Virus record (IMG/VR): IMGVR_UViG_2775507110_000002
DNA: 28,454 nucleotides
DNA from: an uncultured virus (IMG/VR IMGVR_UViG_2775507110_000002)
Taxonomy: Duplodnaviria > Heunggongvirae > Uroviricota > Caudoviricetes
Strand: one strand, 5' to 3'
The notes under the pieces are model-generated. The model saw nothing but the letters and a program-made list of their open reading frames with translations. It made no database searches and was not told the origin of the DNA. A program made the position numbers and the translations under genes. This document shows positions 15,742 to 24,761 of the stretch, piece after piece; positions within the stretch are counted from its first letter, which is position 1, and each line of letters begins with the position of its first letter.

Positions 15742-17127
15742 GTGCAGTACGACGCACCTGCTTGTCAGCTTGAGCGCGCAAACGATGGCGATTCGCGGCA
15801 AAAGTCCACCCCCCAGGTCGGCACCGAGTGCCCCCCGATCGCCCCGTGGGCGCCCGTCAGTGCCACCGCCATGGAGATCCACACCACCGCCTCCCGGCAC
15901 ACCGCACCCCGCAACTGGCTCCGCAGCGTCGAGTGGCTCATCGCCGCCGGCCTCCACCCCAAGGCCAACCAGACGACTCTCCTCGTCGCCCAGGACCTCG
16001 CCAAGCGCATGGACTACAGCACGGGGCACGTCCGCTACGGACTCGAGGACATGGCCGTACGGCTCGACCTTGACCGGTCCAACGTCGCCCGGCACGTGAA
16101 GTACCTCCGCGAGCTCGGCTCCCTCGCCTGGGCTGCGCGCGGCTCCCGCAGCAACATCAAGCGCATCCTCGGCCGCCCCGGGTACGCCGCCACCGCCACC
16201 GTGTACGCCGCCACGATCCCGGCCGTCTACGACCACGCCATGGGCCACCGGATCATCGGCGAGGGGTACGAGGCGCGGGCCATCGCGGTCCGTCAGGAGA
16301 CCAGCGTCGCCGGGGGTGCGAATGCCCCCGAATCGGCTGTGGATAACTCCTCTTCGGGCCCTGTGGATAACCCCGCTAAACGATCTCTTGCGACCCCTTC
16401 CCTTACCCCAGCCACCTATGAGGATCAGGTTCAGATGGTGGGGGGTGTAACTACTACCGCGACGCGGCAGCAAACCACCTTCAGCTCCCCCTCCCAGACG
16501 GCCAAGACCAACAGCGGCAGCAAGAAGCGGGCCACGATCCTCGGCAACCCGGTCACCGCACCCGGCATGCGCCTCGGAGACCGCCTCGCCCGCGCCATCC
16601 GCCGCGCCGTCCCGTGGACCCGCCGCGCCACCCACGACCAGCTCCGGTGGATCTGCGCCGACATGGGCGAGCAGCAGTGGACCGAGGACCAGGCCGTGCG
16701 GTTCGCCATCGAGACCGGCCACCAGCACGCCGCCGGCTTCGTCTGGAACCCTCAGCACCCCCACCGGGTCCTCGCTGCCGCCCTGCGCACCGTGGACGCC
16801 GACCAGCTCGAGGAGGTTCCCTTCGACCCGACGCACTCCGTCGCGTACGAGGACTCCACCGTCGCCCGTGACTGGGCCTCTCTCGAAGCGATCTTCGCCC
16901 TTGGCCAGCCAGCCTCCGAGGCCGCGCACCCGGACGACATTCCCGCCGACCGGTACACCGACGACGACCGGCTCCGCGCCCGCCTCGACTGGAACGCCTG
17001 GCCCGAGGTCGCCCGCCACTACGCCGACGACCCCGACGACGCCCTCGACCTCTACGGCACCAAGCTCTGCTGCTACGCCGCACGCCGGGACGCCGCAAAC
17101 CGAAACCGACAGGAGGCGTGGGCATGA
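15742..17127 (+). CDS. Putative replication initiator with N-terminal winged HTH (start may be ATG 15871)
   Basis: GLEDMAVRLDLDRSNVARHVKYLRELGSLAW HTH; low-complexity linker carrying DnaA boxes; operon with DciA genes next to parAB. Confidence 0.7.
   Translation: MQYDAPACQLERANDGDSRQKSTPQVGTECPPIAPWAPVSATAMEIHTTASRHTAPRNWLRSVEWLIAAGLHPKANQTTLLVAQDLAKRMDYSTGHVRYGLEDMAVRLDLDRSNVARHVKYLRELGSLAWAARGSRSNIKRILGRPGYAATATVYAATIPAVYDHAMGHRIIGEGYEARAIAVRQETSVAGGANAPESAVDNSSSGPVDNPAKRSLATPSLTPATYEDQVQMVGGVTTTATRQQTTFSSPSQTAKTNSGSKKRATILGNPVTAPGMRLGDRLARAIRRAVPWTRRATHDQLRWICADMGEQQWTEDQAVRFAIETGHQHAAGFVWNPQHPHRVLAAALRTVDADQLEEVPFDPTHSVAYEDSTVARDWASLEAIFALGQPASEAAHPDDIPADRYTDDDRLRARLDWNAWPEVARHYADDPDDALDLYGTKLCCYAARRDAANRNRQEAWA
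16338..16370. promoter_or_regulatory. Two perfect DnaA boxes, candidate intragenic origin
   Basis: TGTGGATAA at 16338-16346 and 16362-16370 (reverse complement TTATCCACA), followed by a locally AT-richer stretch. Confidence 0.75.
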
Positions 17128-17789
17128 CCGAGACCGACAGCATCGTCCAGCAAATCGCGACGATCTGGCGCGACACCTACCAGCAAGGCCAGGTCATTCC
17201 CGTCGCATTCGACTTGGAACGCGGACGCCTGGTTGTGGAGTGTGCTGACCGCCCCTACCTGGTCCAGACCCGGCTCATCGGCGGCTCGCTCGCCAAGAAG
17301 ATCAACGCAACGCTGGGTGCCGAAATCATCCGCAGCGTTGTCCCCCTCCTGCGAGAGATCCGCATCCTCGTCACCGGCTCACGCTCATGGGAAGACGTCC
17401 AAGGCCTCGACGACGCCCTCCGCGACACCTGGCACGACGTCACCCAGGTCTTCAGCCCCGAGCACCGCGTCGTCATCGTCCATGGCGACTGCTACAAGGG
17501 CGCCGACTTCTTCGCCAGGCACTGGGCCGTCGCGAACGGCATCCGCCAGGAGAAGTACCCCGCGGACTGGACCGGCCCGTGCGCACCAGAGTGCCCGGAC
17601 GACCACCGCCCAATCCGGGCCAACGGCAAGTCCTACTGCCCCACGGCCGGCCCGCGCCGCAACGAAGCGATGGTGCAGCTGGGGGCCGACATCCTCGTCG
17701 CCTTCCAGCGAGGCAACAGCAGCGGCACAGCCGACTGCATTCGCCGGGCAACAGCCGCCGGAATCCCTGTCAGGAGGTTCACCGCATGA
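17124..17789 (+). CDS. DciA-like domain fused to YspA/DUF2493-type SLOG domain
   Basis: N-terminus GRLVVECADRPYLVQTRLIGGSLAKKINATLGAEIIRSV; C-terminus ILVTGSRSW, IVHGD..GAD, PADW, AGPRRNEAMV, SSGTADC. Confidence 0.75.
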   Translation: MTETDSIVQQIATIWRDTYQQGQVIPVAFDLERGRLVVECADRPYLVQTRLIGGSLAKKINATLGAEIIRSVVPLLREIRILVTGSRSWEDVQGLDDALRDTWHDVTQVFSPEHRVVIVHGDCYKGADFFARHWAVANGIRQEKYPADWTGPCAPECPDDHRPIRANGKSYCPTAGPRRNEAMVQLGADILVAFQRGNSSGTADCIRRATAAGIPVRRFTA

Positions 17790-18556
17790 CCGACCAGCCC
17801 GCGTCCGGTGCCGACCTGGCCCGCCTCGCCCTCCAAGCCGCCCGCGCCGCCGCGAAGACCCGACCCACCAACAAGCCCCGGCTCCGCACCGCACGGCCCA
17901 TCCGCGGCGAACGACGCGACCCCGCCGGGCTCGGCAACGTCCTCGGCCAGCTCACCACCGAACTCGGCTGGCAGCACGGCATGAACGGCGGCGACCTCCT
18001 CGAGCAGTGGCCCGACCTCTGCCCCCAGTACGTCGGCCACATCGAACCCGCCCACTACGACCCCCAGACCCGGCGCCTCGACCTCCGGCCCGCCTCACCT
18101 GCCTACGCCACCCAGCTCCGCCTCCTCGGCGGCAAGCTGTGCAAGCAGATCAACGACAAGGTCGGCCAGGACCTCGTGCGCAGCATCCGCGTCCTGCCCG
18201 TCGGCCCCATCACGGCGAAGCCCGCACCGGTGGCGGCCGCGACTGCACGGCCCGCCGTGGAACGCCCGGTCAACACCCGGGACACCGCGTGCGACGGGTA
18301 CAAGGCCACCCTCGCCGGAATCCGCCGGCTCGAACTCCCGCGGGAAGACCCGAGGGTCGCCACGGCGCGCGCCGAGCAGATCCGTACCGCGGCCCGTGAA
18401 CCCGAGGACCGGTTCGCTCCGGTGGTTGCAGCGGCGGAGGAAGATGCGGCCGGCCCGCAGCTGTCCGACTCCGAACGCGCCCGCCAGGCCGCCATCGCCT
18501 ACAAGCACACCGGCGACACCACGGTGCCCGTGCGGCAGGTCTTCGACGTCGCGTGA
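17786..18556 (+). CDS. dciA: DciA (DUF721) family helicase-loader-like protein
   Basis: GADLARLALQAAR, RRDPAGLG, WPDLC, ASPAYATQLRLL...INDKVG..VRSIRV. Confidence 0.8.
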   Translation: MTDQPASGADLARLALQAARAAAKTRPTNKPRLRTARPIRGERRDPAGLGNVLGQLTTELGWQHGMNGGDLLEQWPDLCPQYVGHIEPAHYDPQTRRLDLRPASPAYATQLRLLGGKLCKQINDKVGQDLVRSIRVLPVGPITAKPAPVAAATARPAVERPVNTRDTACDGYKATLAGIRRLELPREDPRVATARAEQIRTAAREPEDRFAPVVAAAEEDAAGPQLSDSERARQAAIAYKHTGDTTVPVRQVFDVA

Positions 18557-18559
18557 CTG

Positions 18560-18660
18560 TTTACCGCGGTAAAGCGATGCGCTCGGCAAGTGGTGACCAA
18601 TGGTCACCACCTTTGGGTCAGAAAGACGACAAGGTGGTGACCGCGTGGTCACCACCTTGT
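18560..18660. repeat. Palindrome cluster, parS candidate and/or bidirectional terminator
   Basis: TTTACCGCGGTAAA; GTGGTGACCA-A-TGGTCACCAC; ACAAGGTGGTGACC-GCGT-GGTCACCACCTTGT. Confidence 0.7.
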
Positions 18661-18677
18661 TCACGAGACGGCTGAGC

Positions 18678-19604
18678 TCACCCCGTCTCGAGGTTGCCGT
18701 CCAACTCCTCCACCAGCTCCCGCACCGCGGCCTGCAACGCGGCCGCCTCACGCCGGGCTGCCGCCAGGTCCTTCTCCGCCAACGCCCGGAGCCGCTCCAC
18801 CACCCGCTCCGGCTCGCTACCCGCCGGCGCGGGCACAGGCTTCGGCTTCGGAGGCTCCACCTGGAGAACCGGCTGCACCGTCGGCGGCGCGTACCCCAGG
18901 AAGTTCGCCGCTTCCTTCAGCGCCGTGTCCGTGACGTTGCCGTGCCGGGCAGCCTCCGCCCACGTCTCCCGCACTGCATCCGCGCCATGCGTGTCGAGTA
19001 TCGGCACCAGCACCCGCAGCGGGCGCTCCTTCAACTCCTGAGTCGTAACGTCCTCAAGCGCCTGGGCCACCCCGAGAACACGCAGGATGTTGTTCGCCTG
19101 ATGCTTCTTGATCCCGAACCGGGCATCAGTCAGCGCACCGAACGTCTCGAACCCGGTGTGCTTGTGGAGCTCCTCGTCCTTGATGGCCTGGAGCCGCAGC
19201 CCGAGCCCGATGAGCTTCTGCTGCTCCGCTCGCTCGTGGTTGGCCTTCGCCGCGTACTGCACCGCGAAGATGCCCTGCGAGTAGAACTCCAGGCGCTCCG
19301 CAGGGTTGACCGTGTCCGGCTCCGAGAAGTCCGGCATCTTGAGGTACCCCGGGGCAGACTTTGGCGCTACCGCCGCCGCGGACGCCGGCTGAGACTCAAG
19401 GTCCGCTGCCGCCGCATCCGTTGCTGCCGGTTCCGTTGCCGGAGCAGGAACAACCGCCAGCGGTGCCGGGGCGGGAGCCTGCTCAGCCGCTGGCTGCTCC
19501 CGGCGCAGGCGCTCCTTCTCCTCCCACGCCAGCAGCTCCGCTTCCCGCGACGAATCCTGCGACGCCCCGATCACCGGGATGGGCGGCGGCTGCTTCTTCG
19601 TCAC
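18678..19604 (-). CDS. Putative centromere-binding partner of ParA (non-canonical ParB)
   Basis: GTGA-coupled downstream of parA; disordered N-terminus, central HTH-like TFGALTDARFGIKKHQANNILRV, C-terminal coiled coil. Confidence 0.6.
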   Translation of the reverse strand: MTKKQPPPIPVIGASQDSSREAELLAWEEKERLRREQPAAEQAPAPAPLAVVPAPATEPAATDAAAADLESQPASAAAVAPKSAPGYLKMPDFSEPDTVNPAERLEFYSQGIFAVQYAAKANHERAEQQKLIGLGLRLQAIKDEELHKHTGFETFGALTDARFGIKKHQANNILRVLGVAQALEDVTTQELKERPLRVLVPILDTHGADAVRETWAEAARHGNVTDTALKEAANFLGYAPPTVQPVLQVEPPKPKPVPAPAGSEPERVVERLRALAEKDLAAARREAAALQAAVRELVEELDGNLETG

Positions 19605-20746
19605 GCGGCCAGCTCCTTCGCCAGCGCCCGCATCACGTTCGCCTGCGGAGAGTCCGGAGCATGCTCAAGCAACGGGATCTGGTAGTCCGAAGCCTCACGG
19701 CCCTCGATCGAGTCCTTCAGCGTCCCCAGCACACCCGGCACCGTCAGCTGGTTCCACCCCTCGTAGAAGCTCCGGGTGCCGACACCCTTCCGCGCGTCGT
19801 AGGCGTTCACGACGAACCCCAGCTCGTCGACCACCGCCCCCGTCATCTTCGAGTGGGTGGCGATCTGCGAGTGGAGCATCTCGTACGCGTCGAACGACGA
19901 CCGGTCCGACCACACCGGGATCAGGAGCCCCGAGTGGTCGATGAGCTCACCCGGCCGGCGCTGCACGTAGTTGATCGCAAGGTCTATGGCCAACCCGAGG
20001 TTCGGCGGCCCGTCCAGCACGATCACGTCGTAGGAGTCCTCGAGCGGCGCCAGCGCCCGGGCCAGGCAGGTGTCCCGGCCGACCTGGAGCAGGGCCAGCT
20101 TCGCGTCCATGAGGAACGCATCCTTGCTCGCGGGCAGGACATGCAGCCGGCCGCCGAACCGCTCGTGCGGCAGGGCCACCAGGGACCGGGCCAGGTGCTT
20201 CGTCGCCTCGCCCAGCATGTGCGTCAGCAGGCTCTCGCCGCCCTCCGGTAGGCCCTGGATCTGCATGCGGGTCGTCAGGTGCCCCTGCGGGTCGTAGTCG
20301 ACGAGGAGGACCCGCAACCCCATCTCCGCCATCGCCTGGGCCAGCCCGGCCGCGACGAATGTCTTGCCGACGCCGCCCTTCTGGTTGCCAACCAGGATCC
20401 GCTTCGTCGGCTGCGCGACGAGACGCTCGATGGGGGAGGGGTGCGCGGCCAGCCACAAGGTGATGGCCTGTGCCATGCCCTGCACCTTCGTCAGACTGCG
20501 ACGCTCGCACTCCTGCGTGAACCGCTCCGGGCCGCCGGCGGGAAGGAACACGCCCCACGACTTCGCACCGCGGGTCTCCACCTCCGGGACCTCGGCGGTC
20601 TCGTACCAGAGGGACAGTGCGGAGGCTGCCGCGTCCTGCATGTTCAGCCCGTGTTCCGCCGCCCGGATCCGCAGGTCCCTGCGGAGTTCCGGCGTCAGGT
20701 TGACGAGCAACTTTTCGCGCGCTTCATCGGCGCTGGGATGGGTCAT
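19601..20746 (-). CDS. parA: ParA-family ATPase with N-terminal RHH-like extension
   Basis: NQKGGVGKT, RVLLVDYDPQG, YDVIVLDGPP; TAATTT-N7-ATG leaderless start. Confidence 0.92.
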   Translation of the reverse strand: MTHPSADEAREKLLVNLTPELRRDLRIRAAEHGLNMQDAAASALSLWYETAEVPEVETRGAKSWGVFLPAGGPERFTQECERRSLTKVQGMAQAITLWLAAHPSPIERLVAQPTKRILVGNQKGGVGKTFVAAGLAQAMAEMGLRVLLVDYDPQGHLTTRMQIQGLPEGGESLLTHMLGEATKHLARSLVALPHERFGGRLHVLPASKDAFLMDAKLALLQVGRDTCLARALAPLEDSYDVIVLDGPPNLGLAIDLAINYVQRRPGELIDHSGLLIPVWSDRSSFDAYEMLHSQIATHSKMTGAVVDELGFVVNAYDARKGVGTRSFYEGWNQLTVPGVLGTLKDSIEGREASDYQIPLLEHAPDSPQANVMRALAKELAA

Positions 20747-21409
20747 GGCGAGCAAATTACCAGGGAACACCGCAAGGCCCGAAGACCCGGGGGCCGTACG
20801 GCCTGGTCGTCAGCCCAACGAGCGCACAGGGCTTGCCGGTTCGGTTTTCAGCCGGATTCCGTCACCTTGCCGGGGTTTTTCGTTCACACGTCCGAGTGAC
20901 TCCGCAACCGGCCCCTTCCCACCCGGGTCGGCCGCGGCTTGGCTGGGAACGCCGTACGCCCCTGACGCGTCCGGCAGCAGGGGCAGAGGTGTATCCCCAC
21001 CCCCGGGTATCGCAGCGCCTCCGCCCCTGCACCCACACCACCAGGAACCTTCCCCAACAGCATTCCGCTGACGGCACCCCAGGTCTACAATCACCATCAC
21101 CTGATGGGCATGCCCAGTAAGGTCCCCAAGCCCCCGCACAACTGGAAGCTGTCGTCGGCGAAAACGCAGCCCCCAACCCGCGGGGGCTTCCCCATGCCCG
21201 CACCCGGACAGCAGCACGGCCCACCCGGACACCTGACCGGACAGTGGCCGGGACCCTACCCCCAGCAGGGTCACACCGGTATCAAAATCCAGACGTGCCT
21301 TACCCACATGACCGAATCAGTGTCACAGTGAACATCCCCCCGGCACCGGCCACCGGCAGCCGGCCGGGGGGAGGCCCCACGGACTGCGATCGTGGGGTCG
21401 CCCTTCCCA

Positions 21410-21838
21410 ATGCCGAGGAGCGGAGACGCCCCATGCCCTCATCCGTCGAGCCCGCCCACCCCGTGGGCCACCACACCGGCCCCCCCAGGCCCCACCCCTG
21501 TCACACCCTCCTCCAGTGACGGCAACCGGGTCATCCCCTTCGGCCGGCGCACCACCCGCACCGGCCGCGGCCGCCGCACCCCGCAGCCCGCACAGCCGGA
21601 ACGCGTTGTTGCCCCAGACAGTCCGCAGCAGCGCCTCGCCCTCGACGTCGAGAGCTGGTTCATCGCGCACAAGGCGACCCTCACCGACGAGGCGGCCGCC
21701 CACGTGTACCGCACCACCCTGGACTTCCTCCAGGTGATGCTCGACAGCTCCCGCGCCGAACAGCGCCTCAACCCGGACGAGTATCAGCACCTCACCGGCA
21801 TGATGCGGGTACTCCGGGACGCCCCTGACGCTCTGTGA
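21410..21838 (+). CDS. Hypothetical protein (start uncertain)
   Basis: C-terminal ~80 aa is helical and has strong GC3 bias. Confidence 0.55.
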   Translation: MPRSGDAPCPHPSSPPTPWATTPAPPGPTPVTPSSSDGNRVIPFGRRTTRTGRGRRTPQPAQPERVVAPDSPQQRLALDVESWFIAHKATLTDEAAAHVYRTTLDFLQVMLDSSRAEQRLNPDEYQHLTGMMRVLRDAPDAL

Positions 21839-22057
21839 ATATGCCAACTGGCAATGCGGGCTGATTGGTGACGAGTCGCCAACCGTCACACACAGCGCGT
21901 AGATCACTTGGCACGTTCTGTTCAACACGGGACGAAACAGTGGCATCATGGGGCGTCCGGACTTACCCGGAGTGACAACCTCCGGCCACCGGCGTGCGCC
22001 CCGGCCCCACACCGCTCCGCACTACGCCCCCGGCCGGCTCAGTGGGACGGGGACACC

Positions 22058-22597
22058 ATGCTGGGAGACAACACCACCGAACAACGGCTCCGGCTCCTCC
22101 AGGCGGAGTTCACCCAGCACCAACGCCGCGGACCCGGTGACGGTCGCACCGCCACCCGCACCACCTCACCCGCACCCCTCGACATCAACGTCCTCGACCG
22201 CATCCACACCGCGGTCAACGAGGTCGTCGAGCACACCAGGGCCGCCGACTGGTCCACCCCCGCCGGCCCCGCACCCACAGACGCCTCCCGCGTCTACGAC
22301 TGGGCCCGCCAGCACACCACCCACCTCGACGAGGGGCACCAGCAAGCCCGCGAGACCCTGATCTACCGGCAGGGCCTCGAACACGCCATCGCCATGGGCG
22401 ACACCGGCGTCGTGAACAAGCACCCCTGCCCCTCCTGCGGCTGCTGGGGGCTCCTCTGGCGGGACGCCGTGCAACGCGCCGCCTGCATCAACCGGTACTG
22501 CGTCGACGATGACGGCCTCTCCCACACATGGCAGCTGGCCACGCTCGCCCACCACCACATCGCCCGGCAATTCGCCGCGAAGAGCAGCGCAACCTGA
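22058..22597 (+). CDS. Hypothetical protein with C-terminal zinc ribbon
   Basis: CPSCGCWG...ACINRYC; GGGGA RBS. Confidence 0.75.
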   Translation: MLGDNTTEQRLRLLQAEFTQHQRRGPGDGRTATRTTSPAPLDINVLDRIHTAVNEVVEHTRAADWSTPAGPAPTDASRVYDWARQHTTHLDEGHQQARETLIYRQGLEHAIAMGDTGVVNKHPCPSCGCWGLLWRDAVQRAACINRYCVDDDGLSHTWQLATLAHHHIARQFAAKSSAT

Positions 22598-22733
22598 CCG
22601 CCCTTCCGGCGGTCAAACAACCAGCACCCCCCGCAACAACCTCATCACGCACAACCCTCACGGGCCCACCAGCCCACCCCGTGTCGGCCGCCGGAGCTGC
22701 GAACGATGGCCGCCCGACCCCGGGAGAACCGCC

Positions 22734-23000
22734 ATGGCCATCGAGCACTTCGTCCCTCACCCGGCACCGAACGACCTGCTGCCCCTGTCGGCGGTCTTCG
22801 ACCTCCTGCGGCAAACCGGGCACCCCGCGTCCGAGTCGACGATCCGCCGGTGGATCGACCAGGCGGAGGCCCGCGGTGAAGCCATGTACACCGAACGCCG
22901 GCGGTTCGTGACGGGCGGGCGCCGGGTCTACGTGTCGTATTCCGACATCCTGATGGCCCACCGGGACTGGGTGCTCGCGAAGGACGCCAACGAGCCCTGA
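22734..23000 (+). CDS. Small HTH DNA-binding protein (excisionase/MerR-like)
   Basis: LPLSAVFDLL...ASESTIRRWI...RVYVS; GGAG RBS. Confidence 0.7.
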   Translation: MAIEHFVPHPAPNDLLPLSAVFDLLRQTGHPASESTIRRWIDQAEARGEAMYTERRRFVTGGRRVYVSYSDILMAHRDWVLAKDANEP

Positions 23001-23029
23001 CCGCACCTGACCTGCGCCACTCTGAGACC

Positions 23030-23064
23030 AGCCCTCACCCCAATCCCCCGGGGGTGGGGGCTTT
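23030..23064 (+). terminator. Intrinsic terminator
   Basis: AGCCCTCACCC...GGGTGGGGGCT followed by TT, just after the HTH gene. Confidence 0.65.
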
Positions 23065-23083
23065 CTCATGTCATCACCCCGAA

Positions 23084-23116
23084 CGTATTGCTTAGCAATA
23101 CGAGAATGGGTACTGT
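23084..23116 (+). promoter_or_regulatory. Promoter with overlapping palindromic operator (copy 2)
   Basis: CGTATTGC-tta-GCAATACG over TTGCTT-N17-TACTGT. Confidence 0.8.
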
Positions 23117-23174
23117 GGTGCCACCGGGAGGGAGAACACCCCCACCGGACCACCACCCCAACCAGGAGGCCGCC

Positions 23175-23519
23175 ATGGGCCACGCCTTGATGACGCACGC
23201 CCCCACACAGCCCTCCGAGATCCACCCCCACCACCTCCCGGCCACCCTCGCCACCCTCGTCGACGAACTCCTCGACCAGGCCAACGAGTACGCCGACCGG
23301 CGCGAACTCACCGCCAGCGCGATCCTCCACGCCCAGGTCATCAGCCTCACCGGCATCCGACCCCCGGCCTCCGGAGAACTCACCCGCTGCACCTGCCAGG
23401 CCTGCTACTGCGGCTGCATCTTCGACGCCGCCAAGGCCCGCACCTACCTCGACGGCACCGTCGAGTTCGTCCAGTGCATCCGCTGCGCCGACGAACATCG
23501 CCTCACCGGCGACGAGTAA
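23175..23519 (+). CDS. Hypothetical zinc-binding protein
   Basis: AGGAGG RBS; CTCQACYC...CIRC. Confidence 0.75.
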   Translation: MGHALMTHAPTQPSEIHPHHLPATLATLVDELLDQANEYADRRELTASAILHAQVISLTGIRPPASGELTRCTCQACYCGCIFDAAKARTYLDGTVEFVQCIRCADEHRLTGDE

Positions 23520-23626
23520 CACCCCAAGCCCCCCGGCCCCGAGTCGAGCACCACACCTATTGGGTGCGCAGTAGCTCCCGGGGCCGGGTGAAGACCCCTT
23601 CCACATCACCGAACCCGGAGACAGTC

Positions 23627-23953
23627 ATGCCCAACACCACCGTCGAGACGTTCCAGACCCCCGAGGGCAAGCAGTGGCGCCTCGCCGGAACCGACAGCAA
23701 CGGCGTCCGCCAGTTCGTCCCCGCCCACCTCGACCCCACGACGATCTCCCGCCTCGTTTGGGCGTCCGAGGACTTCCTCCGTAGCGAGCTGGGCGACCTC
23801 GCCCCCGTCACCACGGCCGACGCACCCGAGACCGAGGCGCCTCGTCTGGGCGCCAAGTGCTCGTGCGCCCACGCCCGCCGGTGGCACTTCCCGGACTGCC
23901 GCGACCCCAAGGGGCAGGCCTGCGACTGCATGTCCTTCGCAACCGCCGCCTGA
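23627..23953 (+). CDS. Hypothetical protein with C-terminal Cys/His cluster
   Basis: GGAG RBS; CSCAH...H..C...CDC..F. Confidence 0.7.
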   Translation: MPNTTVETFQTPEGKQWRLAGTDSNGVRQFVPAHLDPTTISRLVWASEDFLRSELGDLAPVTTADAPETEAPRLGAKCSCAHARRWHFPDCRDPKGQACDCMSFATAA

Positions 23954-24009
23954 TCGCCGCCCGCCCGGGGCCACCACACCCCGGGCCCCACACCGGAACA
24001 GGACACCCC

Positions 24010-24285
24010 ATGAGCATCCCCACCCTCTACCTCGACCTCCTCGACAACCCCAACAACCCCGACCACGCCCACGGCCGCGCCACCGCCTACGACCACATCC
24101 ACAACGGCGACCCCCTCACCACCCTCGAAGACCGCCTCGCCTGGATGGAAGACCCCACCGTCTCCGGCACCACCTACACCGCCGCATTCCTCACCGGCTA
24201 CCGCGCCCAGATCGCCGACTGGCGGGCCTACGACTACGCCCAGCGCATCGCCACCACCCACAACGCCTGGGAGACCTCCCGATGA
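24010..24285 (+). CDS. Hypothetical protein
   Basis: AGGA RBS; near-uniform C at third codon positions. Confidence 0.7.
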   Translation: MSIPTLYLDLLDNPNNPDHAHGRATAYDHIHNGDPLTTLEDRLAWMEDPTVSGTTYTAAFLTGYRAQIADWRAYDYAQRIATTHNAWETSR

Positions 24286-24761
24286 CCGCCCGCGACGACT
24301 TGATGATGGAACTCACCTACGAGCGCTGTAACGACGACGAGGCTGAACAGCTCATTCACGCCCACCGCATCGAGGTCATCGGCAAACGAGACGCTCAGAT
24401 CATCGAGTGGCTGGAGAAGAAGGCACGAGAGGAAGGCCGCAGCAACAAGGACAGCCGCACTCGCGGTGACGTCCTGTTCCGCATGGCCGACAAGCTCAGC
24501 CGGGGCGCGGTCCGCCCGCCGCTGTCGAAGGGGCCGGCCCCGAAGCCGGAAGCCGACTTCACGCTCACGCTCGACCCGCACGCCGGTGTCGTCAGCGTGA
24601 CCAACATCAGCGACAGGCTCAGGAACAAGCTACGCGCCGAAGCGCTGCGGTACTTCCTGAGTCTCATGGAGTGCTCCGCAGGAGACGCCGCCGCCGAGAA
24701 GCTCCTCGACGACAACCCGGAACTAGCTGCACTGCTCTCCGACGAGGCCGCCACCACGTGA
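24282..24761 (+). CDS. Hypothetical protein
   Basis: ATGA-coupled; 159 aa. Confidence 0.7.
   Translation: MTARDDLMMELTYERCNDDEAEQLIHAHRIEVIGKRDAQIIEWLEKKAREEGRSNKDSRTRGDVLFRMADKLSRGAVRPPLSKGPAPKPEADFTLTLDPHAGVVSVTNISDRLRNKLRAEALRYFLSLMECSAGDAAAEKLLDDNPELAALLSDEAATT

Noticed and set aside
21104..21331. 75-aa Pro/Gly-rich ORF after the TACAAT motif
   Set aside because: Weak codon bias and no motif; cannot be supported as a CDS.
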